Below, piece after piece: positions 1 through 9,892 of a DNA stretch of 64,000 nt. The notes below the pieces were generated by a model. The model was not told the origin of the DNA. It made no database searches and saw nothing but the letters and a program-made list of their open reading frames with translations. Both the position numbers and the translations under genes were made by a program. Numbering within the stretch: position 1 is the stretch's first letter; each line of letters begins with the position of its first letter. The stretch comes from a candidate division FCPU426 bacterium (GTDB lineage Bacteria; Oederibacteriota; Muellerivitia; Muellerivitales; Muellerivitaceae). The stretch spans positions 33,047-97,046 of the forward strand of contig CAVTWJ010000004.1 of the NCBI GenBank assembly GCA_963738405.1, in the 5' to 3' direction.

Positions 1-173
1 TGGAGGAGACGGTTAAGGGGGCCTTGGCGGCCAGTGAAAAGGGAGGAACGGTTCTTTTTTCTCCCGGGTGCGCCAGTTTCGACATGTTTGAGAACTACGA
101 GGATCGGGGCCGTCAGTTCAAGACCCTGGTTAAAAAGTTGAGCGAGTCGCGCCTCGGCGCGGCCCGAACGTAA
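1..173 (+). CDS. murD: UDP-N-acetylmuramoyl-L-alanine--D-glutamate ligase, C-terminal fragment (5' truncated by window edge)
   Basis: Frame 3 reads ...[23 protein letters not shown]..., the MurD C-terminal motif; stop TAA at 171-173; sits upstream of ftsW. Confidence 0.93.
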   Translation, partial: EETVKGALAASEKGGTVLFSPGCASFDMFENYEDRGRQFKTLVKKLSESRLGAART

Positions 174-186
174 CAAAGGAGAAAGT

Positions 187-393
187 ATGTTCATCATCCG
201 CTTGGACGAAAAAGAATCGAAACGCATCCATGCCGCCGTCCAATCGGGAAGGGAGGTTTCATTTTTGCGCTCGGATTCTGACAGCACCACCTACCACACC
301 TTTTCCACACCTACTACGCCTTGGTCGGAATCCGAACGGAAGGATGAAATTCCCTATGTGGAGGCCTTTAAGGCCTTGAAGGAGAAAAGGTGA
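187..393 (+). CDS. Small hypothetical protein (68 aa)
   Basis: AAGGAG RBS before ATG; stop overlaps the ftsW GTG start (GTGA); fills the murD-ftsW gap. Confidence 0.6.
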   Translation: MFIIRLDEKESKRIHAAVQSGREVSFLRSDSDSTTYHTFSTPTTPWSESERKDEIPYVEAFKALKEKR

Positions 394-1541
394 GACGCTC
401 CAACCCCATCCAGTCTTCCCCGGACTTCCTTTTGTTTTTACTGACGGTGGTCCTGGTCACCGCGGGGCTCATCATGGTTTACAGCTCCTCGGCCATCCTG
501 GCCCATGACCGCTATGGAAGCTCCTATTACTTCTTTCTGCGCCAGCTGCTTTGGGTGGGGGTGGGCGGTTTGGGACTATGGTTCTCCTCCCGGATGGATC
601 TCGAGTCCTTAAGGGCCCTGGCCATCCCAGCCCTCTTTGTCGCCCTTATGTTGATGCTGTTGGTTTGCGTGCCGGGATTGGGCCGTACGGTGGGCGGGGC
701 GCAAAGGTGGTTCCGGTTAGGGCCCTTTTCTTTCCAGCCATCCGAAGTCTTCAAGATCGCCCTGGTTTTTTACCTGGCTGATTCCCTGGACCGCCGAAGC
801 GGTCAATTGGCCCAAATATCAGGCCTTTTGCCTTATTTCGCGATTCTCGGGATCGGCATGGTGCTCTTGGAAAAACAGCACGATTTCGGTACGGCGGTGC
901 TTTTGGCCCTGGTCACCCTGCAACTGATGCTTTTGGCCGGGATGCAATGGAAGTTTTTCATGATTCCCACGGCCATCCTGATTCCCACCTTTACCTTTCT
1001 CGTGGAATCGGCCAGCTACCGCATGAAACGTATCACGGCTTTCCTGAATCCCTGGGAGGATCCCCAGGGGGCGGGCTTTCAGCTCATTCAAAGCCTCATC
1101 GCGGTGGGCAACGGCGGGCCCTTCGGAGTGGGTCTTTCCAACAGCACCCAGAAGCTTTTTTACCTGCCGGCGCCCCACACCGATTTTATTTTCGCGGTCA
1201 TCGCCGAGGAACTGGGACTTTGGGGCGCTGGGACCCTGGTGTTTCTTTTCGCGGTTTTTATTTTGAGGGGCTTCAAGGTGGCGGCCATAGCGGGGCAGAG
1301 GGAAAACGGACTCTTCAAAGCCCTTCTGGCCTCCGGCATCACGGGCTTGATCGGTTTCCAGGCGATCGTGAACCTGGGGGTGGTGACGGGACTTCTCCCC
1401 ACCAAGGGCATTCCCCTTCCCCTCATCTCTTACGGCGGGTCTTCCATGGTTTTCACGCTTTTTTCCATCGGGATCCTCTTCAATATTTCCCGAGAGACGA
1501 AAATCGCGTCGCCTTTCGGGACCAAGGTCGTGACGGCGTGA
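390..1541 (+). CDS. ftsW: SEDS peptidoglycan polymerase FtsW
   Basis: GLIMVYSSS, GAQRW, FQPSE, LPAPHTDFIF..IAEELG, KGIPLPLISYGGSS motifs; multi-TM; dcw context. Confidence 0.96.
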   Translation: MRRSNPIQSSPDFLLFLLTVVLVTAGLIMVYSSSAILAHDRYGSSYYFFLRQLLWVGVGGLGLWFSSRMDLESLRALAIPALFVALMLMLLVCVPGLGRTVGGAQRWFRLGPFSFQPSEVFKIALVFYLADSLDRRSGQLAQISGLLPYFAILGIGMVLLEKQHDFGTAVLLALVTLQLMLLAGMQWKFFMIPTAILIPTFTFLVESASYRMKRITAFLNPWEDPQGAGFQLIQSLIAVGNGGPFGVGLSNSTQKLFYLPAPHTDFIFAVIAEELGLWGAGTLVFLFAVFILRGFKVAAIAGQRENGLFKALLASGITGLIGFQAIVNLGVVTGLLPTKGIPLPLISYGGSSMVFTLFSIGILFNISRETKIASPFGTKVVTA

Positions 1542-1572
1542 GGCGCTTGGACGAAAGAAAAAGGGAATCGCT

Positions 1573-2673
1573 TTGAAAATGATCCTGACGGGAGGCGGGA
1601 CGGGAGGACACGTGTTCCCCGGCATCGCGGTGGCGAAAGAACTGATGAAGCATCCGGAGGTTGAATTGCTTTACGTGGGAAAAATAAATGGGCCCGAGGC
1701 CAAGTGGGTTCCGGAGGCGGGGATTCCCTTTCGGGGTATCCCCGCCTCCGGAATGCCCCGCTCCCTCTCCCCCAAGCTCCCGACCTTTTTCTGGGACTTG
1801 GTCCGGGGGTTAGGACGTTCATGGAAGCTGGTCAGGGAAGTCCGCCCGGACGTTGTTTTTTCCACGGGCGGGTATGTGTCGGTGCCGGTGTGCCTGGCGG
1901 CGGCCCTGCAAGGGGTGCCGGTAGGGCTTTTCGAACCCAACGTGCAACCGGGCCTGGCGGCCCGACTGTTGGGCTTCTTCGCTCAAAGGGTTTTCGTTGG
2001 TTTTTCGGAAACCCTTACTCACTTTTCGAAAAGGAGGTCGGAATGGACAGGAATTCCGGTCAGGGAAGAAATTTTGTCGGCGGAAAAGAAAAAATCGAGG
2101 GAGGCCTTCGGATTGAACCCCGAAACACCCACCCTCTTGATGCTGGGAGGGTCCCAGGGAGCTCTGGCCCTCAACCGGCTGATGGTGCAGCTGCTTCGGT
2201 TCCTGGGGCAGGGGGACCAGGCGGTGCAGGCCATCTTCATGACGGGATGGGCCGATTACAAACCGACGGTGGACCAGCTGGAAAAATGTCCCTTGAAAAT
2301 GGTTTTGAGGCCCTTTATCGCCAATATTCACGAAGCCTACGCGGCCAGCGACCTGGTGGTGAGCCGGTCGGGCGCCATGACCTGCGGGGAACTCACAAGC
2401 CGGAGCCTACCCGCCCTATTTATTCCATATCCCCACGCTTCCGCTCATCAGGAGAAGAACGCGCGGGCGCTGGAGAAAGCGGGAGCGGCCCTGGTGTTCA
2501 AGGAAGAGGCGTTGGACGAGGAAACCCTCTGTCAGACCGTGATCTCCCTGCTTTCGGATAACGGGAAGCTTCAGGCGATGGGTCAGGCCTCGGGAAAATT
2601 AGCCCGGCCCAAGGCCGCCTGGCAGATTACGGAAGGCCTTTTAGGCCTGGCCCAACAAAGGAAAACCGCATGA
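1573..2673 (+). CDS. murG: Lipid II GlcNAc transferase MurG
   Basis: GGGTGGHVFP, STGGYVS, GGSQGA, RSGA, HQEKNA motifs. Confidence 0.97.
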   Translation: MKMILTGGGTGGHVFPGIAVAKELMKHPEVELLYVGKINGPEAKWVPEAGIPFRGIPASGMPRSLSPKLPTFFWDLVRGLGRSWKLVREVRPDVVFSTGGYVSVPVCLAAALQGVPVGLFEPNVQPGLAARLLGFFAQRVFVGFSETLTHFSKRRSEWTGIPVREEILSAEKKKSREAFGLNPETPTLLMLGGSQGALALNRLMVQLLRFLGQGDQAVQAIFMTGWADYKPTVDQLEKCPLKMVLRPFIANIHEAYAASDLVVSRSGAMTCGELTSRSLPALFIPYPHASAHQEKNARALEKAGAALVFKEEALDEETLCQTVISLLSDNGKLQAMGQASGKLARPKAAWQITEGLLGLAQQRKTA

Positions 2674-4073
2674 AAACAGCCGCATTCCAAACCAATCAGG
2701 CCCTGGGGCACGTTCAACGGGTGCATTTCATCGGCATCGGCGGGGCGGGCATGAGCGGCATCGCGGCGGTTCTCCTGAGCCTCAAGTACCGGGTGTCGGG
2801 ATCGGACCTGAAATCCAGCGAGGTGACCGACCGCCTGAAAAAGATGGGGGCCAAGATTTCTTTCGGCCACAAGGCGGGGAACGTTTCCGATTCCGACGTG
2901 GCGGTCTACTCGGCCGCCGTGCCGATGGATAACCCGGAAATCACCGAAGCTATCCGGCGGGGTATTCCGGTCATTCCCCGAACCGAGATGCTGGGCGAAC
3001 TGATGCGCTTGAAATACGGCATCGCGGTTTCCGGCACCCACGGCAAGACCACCACCACCTCCATGGTCGGCTTGGTGCTGACCGAAGGGGGCTTGGACCC
3101 CACCCTGGTCATCGGGGGCCAGGTGGATGCGTTCAAGTCCAACGCCAAGCTGGGCAAGAGCCCCTACCTGGTGGCGGAAGCCTGCGAGGCTTTCGGAGAA
3201 TTTTTCCTCCTCTCGCCCATGATTTCCATCATCACCAATATCGATGACGACCACCTGGACTATTACGGTTCCATCGAAAAGGTGAGGGACGCCTTCGTGG
3301 CCTTCGGGAATAAGGTGCCTTTTTACGGCTGCGTGATCCTCGGGGTGGACGACAAGCAGGTGAAGTCCATCCTGCCCCAGCTCAAGCGCCGGGCGGTCAC
3401 CTATGGTTTGGGGCCGGACGCCTCGTTAAGGGCTCAAAAGGTGAAGCTTGAAAAAATCAGCTCCACCTTCGAGGTGGCTTTGGACGGGCGCCGGTTGGGT
3501 GCCCTGAAATTGAACGTGCCGGGAAGGTTTAACATCCAGAACGCCTTGGCGGCGGTGGCGGTGGGATTGGAACTGAAAGTCTCCTTCAAGGCCATCGCGG
3601 CGGGCCTGGTCCGGTTCCATGGGGCCCAGCGCCGGTTCGAGGTCAAGGGAAGCTACAAGGGGGCCGTGGTGGTGGATGACTACGCCCACCATCCCACGGC
3701 GGTTTTTGAAACCCTGAAGGCGGCAAAGCATTTCGCCGGCAAGAAAAAACTCTTGGTGGTGTTTCAGCCCCACCTTTTTTCCCGCACCCAGCTTTTGAGG
3801 GACAAGTTCGGGAAGGCCTTCTTTGACGCCGATGAGGTCATCATCACCGCCATCTACCCCTCCCGGGAGAAGCCTATCCCCGGGGTCACGGGGAAGACAC
3901 TGGTCGAGGCCTTGAGGGAAAACGGACACCGGAAGGCCGAATCCATCGAGGATAAAAATGTCCTCTTGGAGCAGTTGAAGAACCGGCTGGACGCCAACAC
4001 CGTGCTTTTAACCATGGGCGCGGGCGATATCTGGAAGGTCGGCAGCGACCTGGTCCAGAAGCACAGGGGTTGA
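2670..4073 (+). CDS. murC: UDP-N-acetylmuramate--L-alanine ligase
   Basis: HFIGIGGAGMS, GTHGKTTT, DDYAHHPT, FQPH motifs. Confidence 0.97.
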   Translation: MKTAAFQTNQALGHVQRVHFIGIGGAGMSGIAAVLLSLKYRVSGSDLKSSEVTDRLKKMGAKISFGHKAGNVSDSDVAVYSAAVPMDNPEITEAIRRGIPVIPRTEMLGELMRLKYGIAVSGTHGKTTTTSMVGLVLTEGGLDPTLVIGGQVDAFKSNAKLGKSPYLVAEACEAFGEFFLLSPMISIITNIDDDHLDYYGSIEKVRDAFVAFGNKVPFYGCVILGVDDKQVKSILPQLKRRAVTYGLGPDASLRAQKVKLEKISSTFEVALDGRRLGALKLNVPGRFNIQNALAAVAVGLELKVSFKAIAAGLVRFHGAQRRFEVKGSYKGAVVVDDYAHHPTAVFETLKAAKHFAGKKKLLVVFQPHLFSRTQLLRDKFGKAFFDADEVIITAIYPSREKPIPGVTGKTLVEALRENGHRKAESIEDKNVLLEQLKNRLDANTVLLTMGAGDIWKVGSDLVQKHRG

Positions 4074-4076
4074 GGG

Positions 4077-5072
4077 GTGACCGAACGTGAAGCCATGACC
4101 GCGGTAGCTCGGAAGGAGTTAAAGGGCGTGAATTTTATCGAACTGAAACGGCTCATTGAGGGGCGGGTCACCCTGGACGCGCCCTTAGGCCCCCTGACGA
4201 CCTACCACATTGGGGGAAGGGCTTCGGCCCTGGTGGAGCCTCAGGGATCGGAAGATCTGCAGGAACTCCTGCGCTGTATCTCCCATGGGGGCGTTTCCTA
4301 CCTGGTCCTGGGGGGCGGCTCCAACGTGCTTTTCGCCGACGAGGGCTACCAGGGAGTGGTGATAAGGCTGGGAAGGGGTTTCCAGGGCGTTGAAATCGAG
4401 GGAACCCGAGTCAGGGCCAAGGCCGGCACCAAGCTGGTGAGTGTTCTGGCCAAGGCCCGGGAGGCCAATTTGGGGGGCATTGAATTTTTCGCCGGCATCC
4501 CCGGAACCATCGGCGGGGCGGTGGCGGGAAACGCGGGCGCCAAGAGGGCCTGGATCGGCCCCTTCGTGGAAGAGGTCACGATCGTCAATGTCCGGGGTGA
4601 ATTGAGGAAACTTTCCGCCGAGGAATTGGTTTTCGGGTACCGCAGTTCCTCTCTCAAGATGAGCGGAAACGTGCTGGTGGAGGTGGTTCTGAAGCTTAAG
4701 AAAGAGCCTAAGGAAATGGTTGAGAAAAAAGTGCGGGAATATTTCAAGGCCCGGCGGGGCCGCCAGCCCCGCACGGAAAAAAACGCGGGAAGTGTGTTCA
4801 AGAACCCCCCGAATGATTTCGCGGGGAAGTTGATTGAGTCGGTGGGGTTGAAGGGTTTCAAACTGGGCGGGGCGCAGGTGAGTCTGATCCACGCTAATTT
4901 CATCGTCAACGACGGAACGGCCACCGCCCATGACGTGGTGGGGGTGATGCGGGAAATCCAGAAAAGGGTGCGGGAAGCCGCCGGCATCCAGCTGGAACCC
5001 GAAATACTCCCGATGGGCAATTGGAACTGGGAAGAGATTAAGGACGTCTGGTGGAGCTTGAAGGGCCGATAG
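4077..5072 (+). CDS. murB: UDP-N-acetylenolpyruvoylglucosamine reductase (true start may be GTG 4128, after AAGGAG)
   Basis: GGGSNVL, GIPGTIGGA, FGYRSS, AGSVFKNP, HANFIVN, LEPE motifs. Confidence 0.96.
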   Translation: MTEREAMTAVARKELKGVNFIELKRLIEGRVTLDAPLGPLTTYHIGGRASALVEPQGSEDLQELLRCISHGGVSYLVLGGGSNVLFADEGYQGVVIRLGRGFQGVEIEGTRVRAKAGTKLVSVLAKAREANLGGIEFFAGIPGTIGGAVAGNAGAKRAWIGPFVEEVTIVNVRGELRKLSAEELVFGYRSSSLKMSGNVLVEVVLKLKKEPKEMVEKKVREYFKARRGRQPRTEKNAGSVFKNPPNDFAGKLIESVGLKGFKLGGAQVSLIHANFIVNDGTATAHDVVGVMREIQKRVREAAGIQLEPEILPMGNWNWEEIKDVWWSLKGR

Positions 5073-5221
5073 GCCGGATTCCCGGCCTCGTCGGAAAACC
5101 CTTCAAGTTGATAAGGAAGTTGAAGGGATATTCGGCTGAATGAGGATTTTAGGGAAGTTGAGAAGCACAACGCCAACTCCCGCTTTAAGTGCGGGGAACT
5201 TGTTGGAACGGAGAAAAAGAG

Positions 5222-6175
5222 ATGAAAGTTGGAGTTCTATACGGGGGCTGGAGCCCTGAAAAAAAGGTATCCCTGATGTCGGGGAAAAACGTGTTGGAAG
5301 GCCTTCGTGAGGCCGGAATTCAGGCTGTGGGCCTGGAATTAAGCTCGAAAGATAAAAATCCAACCGTCCTTCGCCGGAGAATCCTGGCCTCAAGAGCGGA
5401 CCTGCTTTTTATCGCCTTGCACGGCGGGTTTGGAGAGGACGGAACCCTGCAGGCCCTCCTGGACCAATGGAAGGTGCCTTACACGGGGTCGGGAGCCCTG
5501 GCCTGCGGATTGGCCATGCATAAGGGCTGTTCCAAACTGGTGTTTGAGGCGCAGGAGATTCCCACCGCGCCCTGGACGGCCTTTCATAAATCTTCCGAGC
5601 CTTCGAAGCGGCTAAAAGAAATTCGGATGCCTTTTCCTTTGGTGGTGAAGCCAGCCGACGTGGGCTCGGCCCTGGGGGTCACGATTGTAAGAAATAAAAC
5701 CGCCCTCTCCCAAGCCCTCCAGACGGCCTTCAAGTACAGCTCCTGGGTACTGGTGGAAAAGTTCATCGCCGGGGTGGAAGTGACCGTGACGATTTTGGGC
5801 AAGAAGGCCCTGCCGGTGGTTGAGATACTGCCGGTGAACGAGTTTTACGACTATGACGCCAAGTACACACCGGGCCATTCCACCCATGTGGTGCCGGCCC
5901 GGATTACCCCGGCTCAAACCCGGAAGGTCCAGGCCTACGCCCTGAAGGCGGGAGAAGCCATGGGCTGCCAGGATTACTACCGGGTCGATTTCATCATCCC
6001 CAAGAAGGGGGAGCCCCAGCTATTGGAAGTGAACACCGTTCCTGGAATGACCGCCACCAGTTTGGTGCCGGACGCGGCGAAAGCCGCCGGAATCACCTTT
6101 CCTAAGCTGTTGCGCAGGCTTTCCGAGATGGCGTTGAAAAAAAGGCCCCAAGGGGCCATGGCGAAGGTGGGGTAA
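5222..6175 (+). CDS. ddl: D-alanine--D-alanine ligase
   Basis: LHGGFGEDG, PYTGSG, FYDYDAKY, RVDF, EVNTVPGMT motifs; ATG 5222 chosen as start. Confidence 0.96.
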   Translation: MKVGVLYGGWSPEKKVSLMSGKNVLEGLREAGIQAVGLELSSKDKNPTVLRRRILASRADLLFIALHGGFGEDGTLQALLDQWKVPYTGSGALACGLAMHKGCSKLVFEAQEIPTAPWTAFHKSSEPSKRLKEIRMPFPLVVKPADVGSALGVTIVRNKTALSQALQTAFKYSSWVLVEKFIAGVEVTVTILGKKALPVVEILPVNEFYDYDAKYTPGHSTHVVPARITPAQTRKVQAYALKAGEAMGCQDYYRVDFIIPKKGEPQLLEVNTVPGMTATSLVPDAAKAAGITFPKLLRRLSEMALKKRPQGAMAKVG

Positions 6176-7221
6176 TGCATTATCGCGGGACCCAGGTATC
6201 AGGCGGAAGAAACGTAAAGGATTCATCAAGGGCCCAAAGGTCCCCGGCGAATCGCTCTGCGCTCCCTCGGTCCCGAACCTACGGTTTGAGGCTGCCGAAG
6301 AGGGAGGAAACGTCCAAGAGTTTCTTGACCTTCTTTAAGAAGGAAGAGGATTCCAGGCCTTCGGGCAGGGCCTCCTCTTCGGGAAACCGGGAGTCGGCCG
6401 CGGCTTACGCTTTTTACCGGCCCGGCGCCGATCCGGAAACGGGGAAGAGGGAGCTTTTAAAACAAAAAGCTTGGACCTTCCCCGTGCCGGGGGTGAAGGG
6501 AGTCCTGAAGGGAGCGGCGCTCTTGGCGATGATCGGCCTAGCGGCCTGGGGTAAAAACCAGGTGTTGGGGCTTTTGCAGGACGCCTCGGGTTTCAAACTG
6601 GCCAAGGTGACGGTGGAGGGCAACCGCTTTCTGCGCGAGGAAGACCTGCTGAAGGCGGCGGCTCTGCCGCAGGGCGCGAACATGTTCAAGCTGGACCTGG
6701 CGGGAGCGGCCGGGCGAGTGGAAAAGCTGGACTGGGTGGAGAAGGCCTTCCTGGAAAGGCGCCTTCCCCAAACGGTCCTGATCTCGGTGAGGGAGCGAAA
6801 GATCGTGGCCCTGTTGGACAGCGGGACGCTTTACGGCGTCACGGGCGATGGACGGGTGCTCTCGGCCAACGAGGAACTGGCCAAGATGGATTTGCCCCTC
6901 CTTTCGGGGGCGGCGGTGGCGCCCGAGGCGGTGGGGACGACTTTGATGGCCTCGGCCTTGGAGCCGGGATTAAGTTTTTTAGACTTTGCGGTGAGGGAAA
7001 AGGCTGGCAGGGCCCAGGACATATCGGAAATCAACCTTTCCGATTCCCAGGCCTTGAAAGTGACCTTTATTGACGGGGTCACGGCGACTTTTAATCCGCC
7101 GGTCACGGCGGGCGAATTACGGAGGCTGGACCTGGTACGCGGGGATTTGGCGCGCAAGGGACTCAGGGCGGGAACGATGGATTTCCGCTTCAAAGATACG
7201 GTGCTGGTCAAGGTGATGTGA
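6175..7221 (+). CDS. ftsQ: Cell division protein FtsQ/DivIB
   Basis: Single hydrophobic segment, then POTRA-like region (VTVEGN...WVEKAFLERRLPQTVLISVRER) and terminal DFRF; lies between ddl and ftsA. Confidence 0.88.
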   Translation: MHYRGTQVSGGRNVKDSSRAQRSPANRSALPRSRTYGLRLPKREETSKSFLTFFKKEEDSRPSGRASSSGNRESAAAYAFYRPGADPETGKRELLKQKAWTFPVPGVKGVLKGAALLAMIGLAAWGKNQVLGLLQDASGFKLAKVTVEGNRFLREEDLLKAAALPQGANMFKLDLAGAAGRVEKLDWVEKAFLERRLPQTVLISVRERKIVALLDSGTLYGVTGDGRVLSANEELAKMDLPLLSGAAVAPEAVGTTLMASALEPGLSFLDFAVREKAGRAQDISEINLSDSQALKVTFIDGVTATFNPPVTAGELRRLDLVRGDLARKGLRAGTMDFRFKDTVLVKVM

Positions 7222-7223
7222 GA

Positions 7224-7307
7224 AGCCGGTTAGCCTTTTGCCGCCGCCCTTTAAGGGCTCGGCTTGAGGTCCGCGGCTGTGGGCCGAACGGCTAAAAGCT
7301 AACGGCT
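7224..7307. repeat. Imperfect intergenic inverted repeat
   Basis: AGCCGGTTAGCCTTTTGCCG (7224-7243) pairs with CGGCTAAAAGCTAACGGCT (7289-7307), with bulges. Confidence 0.6.
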
Positions 7308-7328
7308 GAACTCAAGGAGGCGAGGAAG

Positions 7329-8582
7329 ATGGCGAAGGAAATCAAGCAGGACATCGTGGTGGGGCTGGATCTGGGGACAACCAAGGTCTGCACCATTATC
7401 GGCGAGCAGGATGAGGAGGGGCAGGTCCACATCATCGGCGTGGGCACGACCCCTTCCACGGGATTGAAGAAGGGGTCGGTGGTGAATATCGAGCAGACCA
7501 TCGCCTCCATCAAGAAATCCGTGGCGGACGCCGAGCGCATGGCGGGGGTGGAAGTGGGAGCGGCCTTCGCGGGCGTAGCCGGGGGCCACATCAAGGGCCT
7601 CAACAGCCGGGGCGTCATCGCCGTGGCCCGCAAGGATAAGGAAATCAGCGAGGACGACCGGGAGCGTGTCATTGAGGCGGCCCAGGCCATCGCCATCCCC
7701 ATGGACCGGGAAATCATCCACGTGATCCCGCAGGAATACATGGTGGACGACCAGGACGGCATCAAGAATCCCGTCGGCATGTCAGGGGTGAGGCTGGAAG
7801 CGGAGGTCCACGTGGTAACGGGAGCGGTCACCAGCGTACAAAACATCGTCCGGAGCGTGGAGCGGGCGGGTCTGCAGGTGGCGGACATTATTCTTCAGCC
7901 CCTGGCTTCGGCGGAAGCCATCCTCTCGGCGGATGAGAAGGAATTGGGGGTGGTGCTGGTCGATATCGGGGGAGGAACCACCGACATCGCGGTCTTCATC
8001 AACGGGGCCCTGTGGCACACGGGCATCATCACCCTGGGCGGCCAGCTGGTCACCAGCGACGTGGCGGTGGGTTTAAGGACACCCAATACGGAAGCCGAAG
8101 CTATCAAGCTCCAGTACGGTTGCGCTTATACCGCTATGGTGAAGGAAGAAGAGGAGATCACGGTTCCTGGGGTAGGAGGACGGGCGGACCGGCGCATGCC
8201 CCGCCGGGTGCTTTCCGAGATCATCGAGGCCCGCATGGAGGAAATTTTCGAGTTGGTGGCCGCGGAGCTGAAAAAGCACGGGTTCGAGGACCGCATCCCG
8301 GCGGGAGCGGTGATTACCGGGGGTTCGGCTTTGATGGAAGGAACCGCTGAGTTGGCGGAGAAGATTCTTCAGCTTCCGGTGCGCATCGGGTCCCCCAAGA
8401 GGGTCGGGGGGCTGACGGATGTGGTTTCCAATCCCAGCTATTCCACGGCGGTGGGGCTGGTGTTGATGGGGTTCCAAACGTTCCACAAGAGCGGAACCAA
8501 GAAGGGGCAGGGTTTTTCGGGCGAGAACGGGATGAAGAGCATCCTGGACCGGATGAAAAAGTGGTTTGGGGATTCTCTTTGA
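7329..8582 (+). CDS. ftsA: Cell division protein FtsA
   Basis: GLDLGTTK, PVGMSGVRLE, DIGGGTTD, TGGSA motifs; C-terminal amphipathic helix (RMKKWFG); AAGGAGG RBS. Confidence 0.98.
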   Translation: MAKEIKQDIVVGLDLGTTKVCTIIGEQDEEGQVHIIGVGTTPSTGLKKGSVVNIEQTIASIKKSVADAERMAGVEVGAAFAGVAGGHIKGLNSRGVIAVARKDKEISEDDRERVIEAAQAIAIPMDREIIHVIPQEYMVDDQDGIKNPVGMSGVRLEAEVHVVTGAVTSVQNIVRSVERAGLQVADIILQPLASAEAILSADEKELGVVLVDIGGGTTDIAVFINGALWHTGIITLGGQLVTSDVAVGLRTPNTEAEAIKLQYGCAYTAMVKEEEEITVPGVGGRADRRMPRRVLSEIIEARMEEIFELVAAELKKHGFEDRIPAGAVITGGSALMEGTAELAEKILQLPVRIGSPKRVGGLTDVVSNPSYSTAVGLVLMGFQTFHKSGTKKGQGFSGENGMKSILDRMKKWFGDSL

Positions 8583-8699
8583 TGCCTTTTCAGTATGAGA
8601 AGTGAGATGTGCAGGGTTGTGTAAAAGAAGCAAGCAGTTCAATGTTGGAGAAGAGTCCAGGGTGGACTGCCATTCGCAGCAAAATTGAGGGGGATTAAG

Positions 8700-9866
8700 A
8701 TGATAGAGTTCGCGGAAGATGATGTGACGCAGTATCTGGCTCACTTGAAGGTTATCGGAGTGGGCGGCGGCGGATGCAACGCCGTCAATAAAATGATGGA
8801 AGCGGGTGTGGAGGGCGTGGAATGCATCGCCGCCAATACCGACTACAAGTCTCTTCGCCGAAGCAAGGCGGGGAAAATTATCCAGCTGGGCAAGACCCTG
8901 ACCAAGGGTTTGGGTTCGGGCGGAAACCCCACGATCGGCAAGGAAGCGGCCATGGAATCCACCGACGAGATCCAGAAAACCCTGGAAGGGGCGGATATGG
9001 TGGTGGTCGCCGCCGGGATGGGCGGGGGCACGGGCACCGGCGCAGCGCCGGTGGTGGCTGAAATCGCCAAGAAATTGGGGATTCTGACCGTCGCCGTCGT
9101 CAGCCGTCCGTTCGAGCACGAGGGTCCGGTCCGCAAGGCCCAGGCCGAGGACGGGCTTCGGGCCATGCTGCCCCATGTGGACGCCATCGTGGTGATCCCC
9201 AATGAGCGCATCAACCTGGTTTGCGAGCAGGATGTGGACCTGATGAGCGCCTTCGCCAAGGTGGACGAGGTGCTGGTGCAGGCCATCCAGGGCATCTCGG
9301 TGATTATCCATTCCGAGGGCGTGATCAACCGCGACTTCGCCGACGTGAAGCGCATCCTCACCGCCAAGGGAAAGGTGCTGATGGGTATGGGCGCCGCCAC
9401 CGGCGAGGATAGGGCCTTGAAGGCGGTCCAAAAGGCCGTTCACAGTCCCCTTCTAGAGGACGTGGATATCGCGGGCGCCAGCGCGGTGCTGGTATTGGTT
9501 ACCGCGGGGGCCAATTTCAGCCTGAACGAATTCAACCAGATCAACGGGTTTCTACAAAAGGCCGCAAGGCCGGGCGCGGAAATCATTCCAGGGATCGTGC
9601 GCGACGAGAACCTGAAGGACGGCCTCAGGGTCACCATCATCGCCACCGGTTTTGAGGCCGCCAAGGAAGACGCGGCCCTGGAGACGGTTTTGAACCTGGG
9701 CGAATTTTTGACCCCGGAATTCAAGACCGCCAAGGGAGCCACCGCTGCCTCCCACGCGGCGGAGGACCAGGAACCCGAAACGGAATTCAAGACGGCCGAC
9801 GGCAAGTACGAGATTCCGGCCTACTTGAGGCGCCGTTTGGCGGGAAAGCCGTTCCATAACAATTAA
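8700..9866 (+). CDS. ftsZ: Cell division protein FtsZ
   Basis: VIGVGGGGCNA, GMGGGTGTG, DFADV, VTIIATGF motifs; C-terminal peptide EIPAYLRR. Confidence 0.98.
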   Translation: MIEFAEDDVTQYLAHLKVIGVGGGGCNAVNKMMEAGVEGVECIAANTDYKSLRRSKAGKIIQLGKTLTKGLGSGGNPTIGKEAAMESTDEIQKTLEGADMVVVAAGMGGGTGTGAAPVVAEIAKKLGILTVAVVSRPFEHEGPVRKAQAEDGLRAMLPHVDAIVVIPNERINLVCEQDVDLMSAFAKVDEVLVQAIQGISVIIHSEGVINRDFADVKRILTAKGKVLMGMGAATGEDRALKAVQKAVHSPLLEDVDIAGASAVLVLVTAGANFSLNEFNQINGFLQKAARPGAEIIPGIVRDENLKDGLRVTIIATGFEAAKEDAALETVLNLGEFLTPEFKTAKGATAASHAAEDQEPETEFKTADGKYEIPAYLRRRLAGKPFHNN

Positions 9867-9892
9867 CCAATAGCAGGGGAAAGAAAGGGAAT

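Noticed and set aside
8073..9443. 456-aa minus-strand ORF, and similar antisense ORFs over murB, the amidase, guaB and guaA
   Set aside because: Antisense shadows of well-supported GC-rich genes; no motifs
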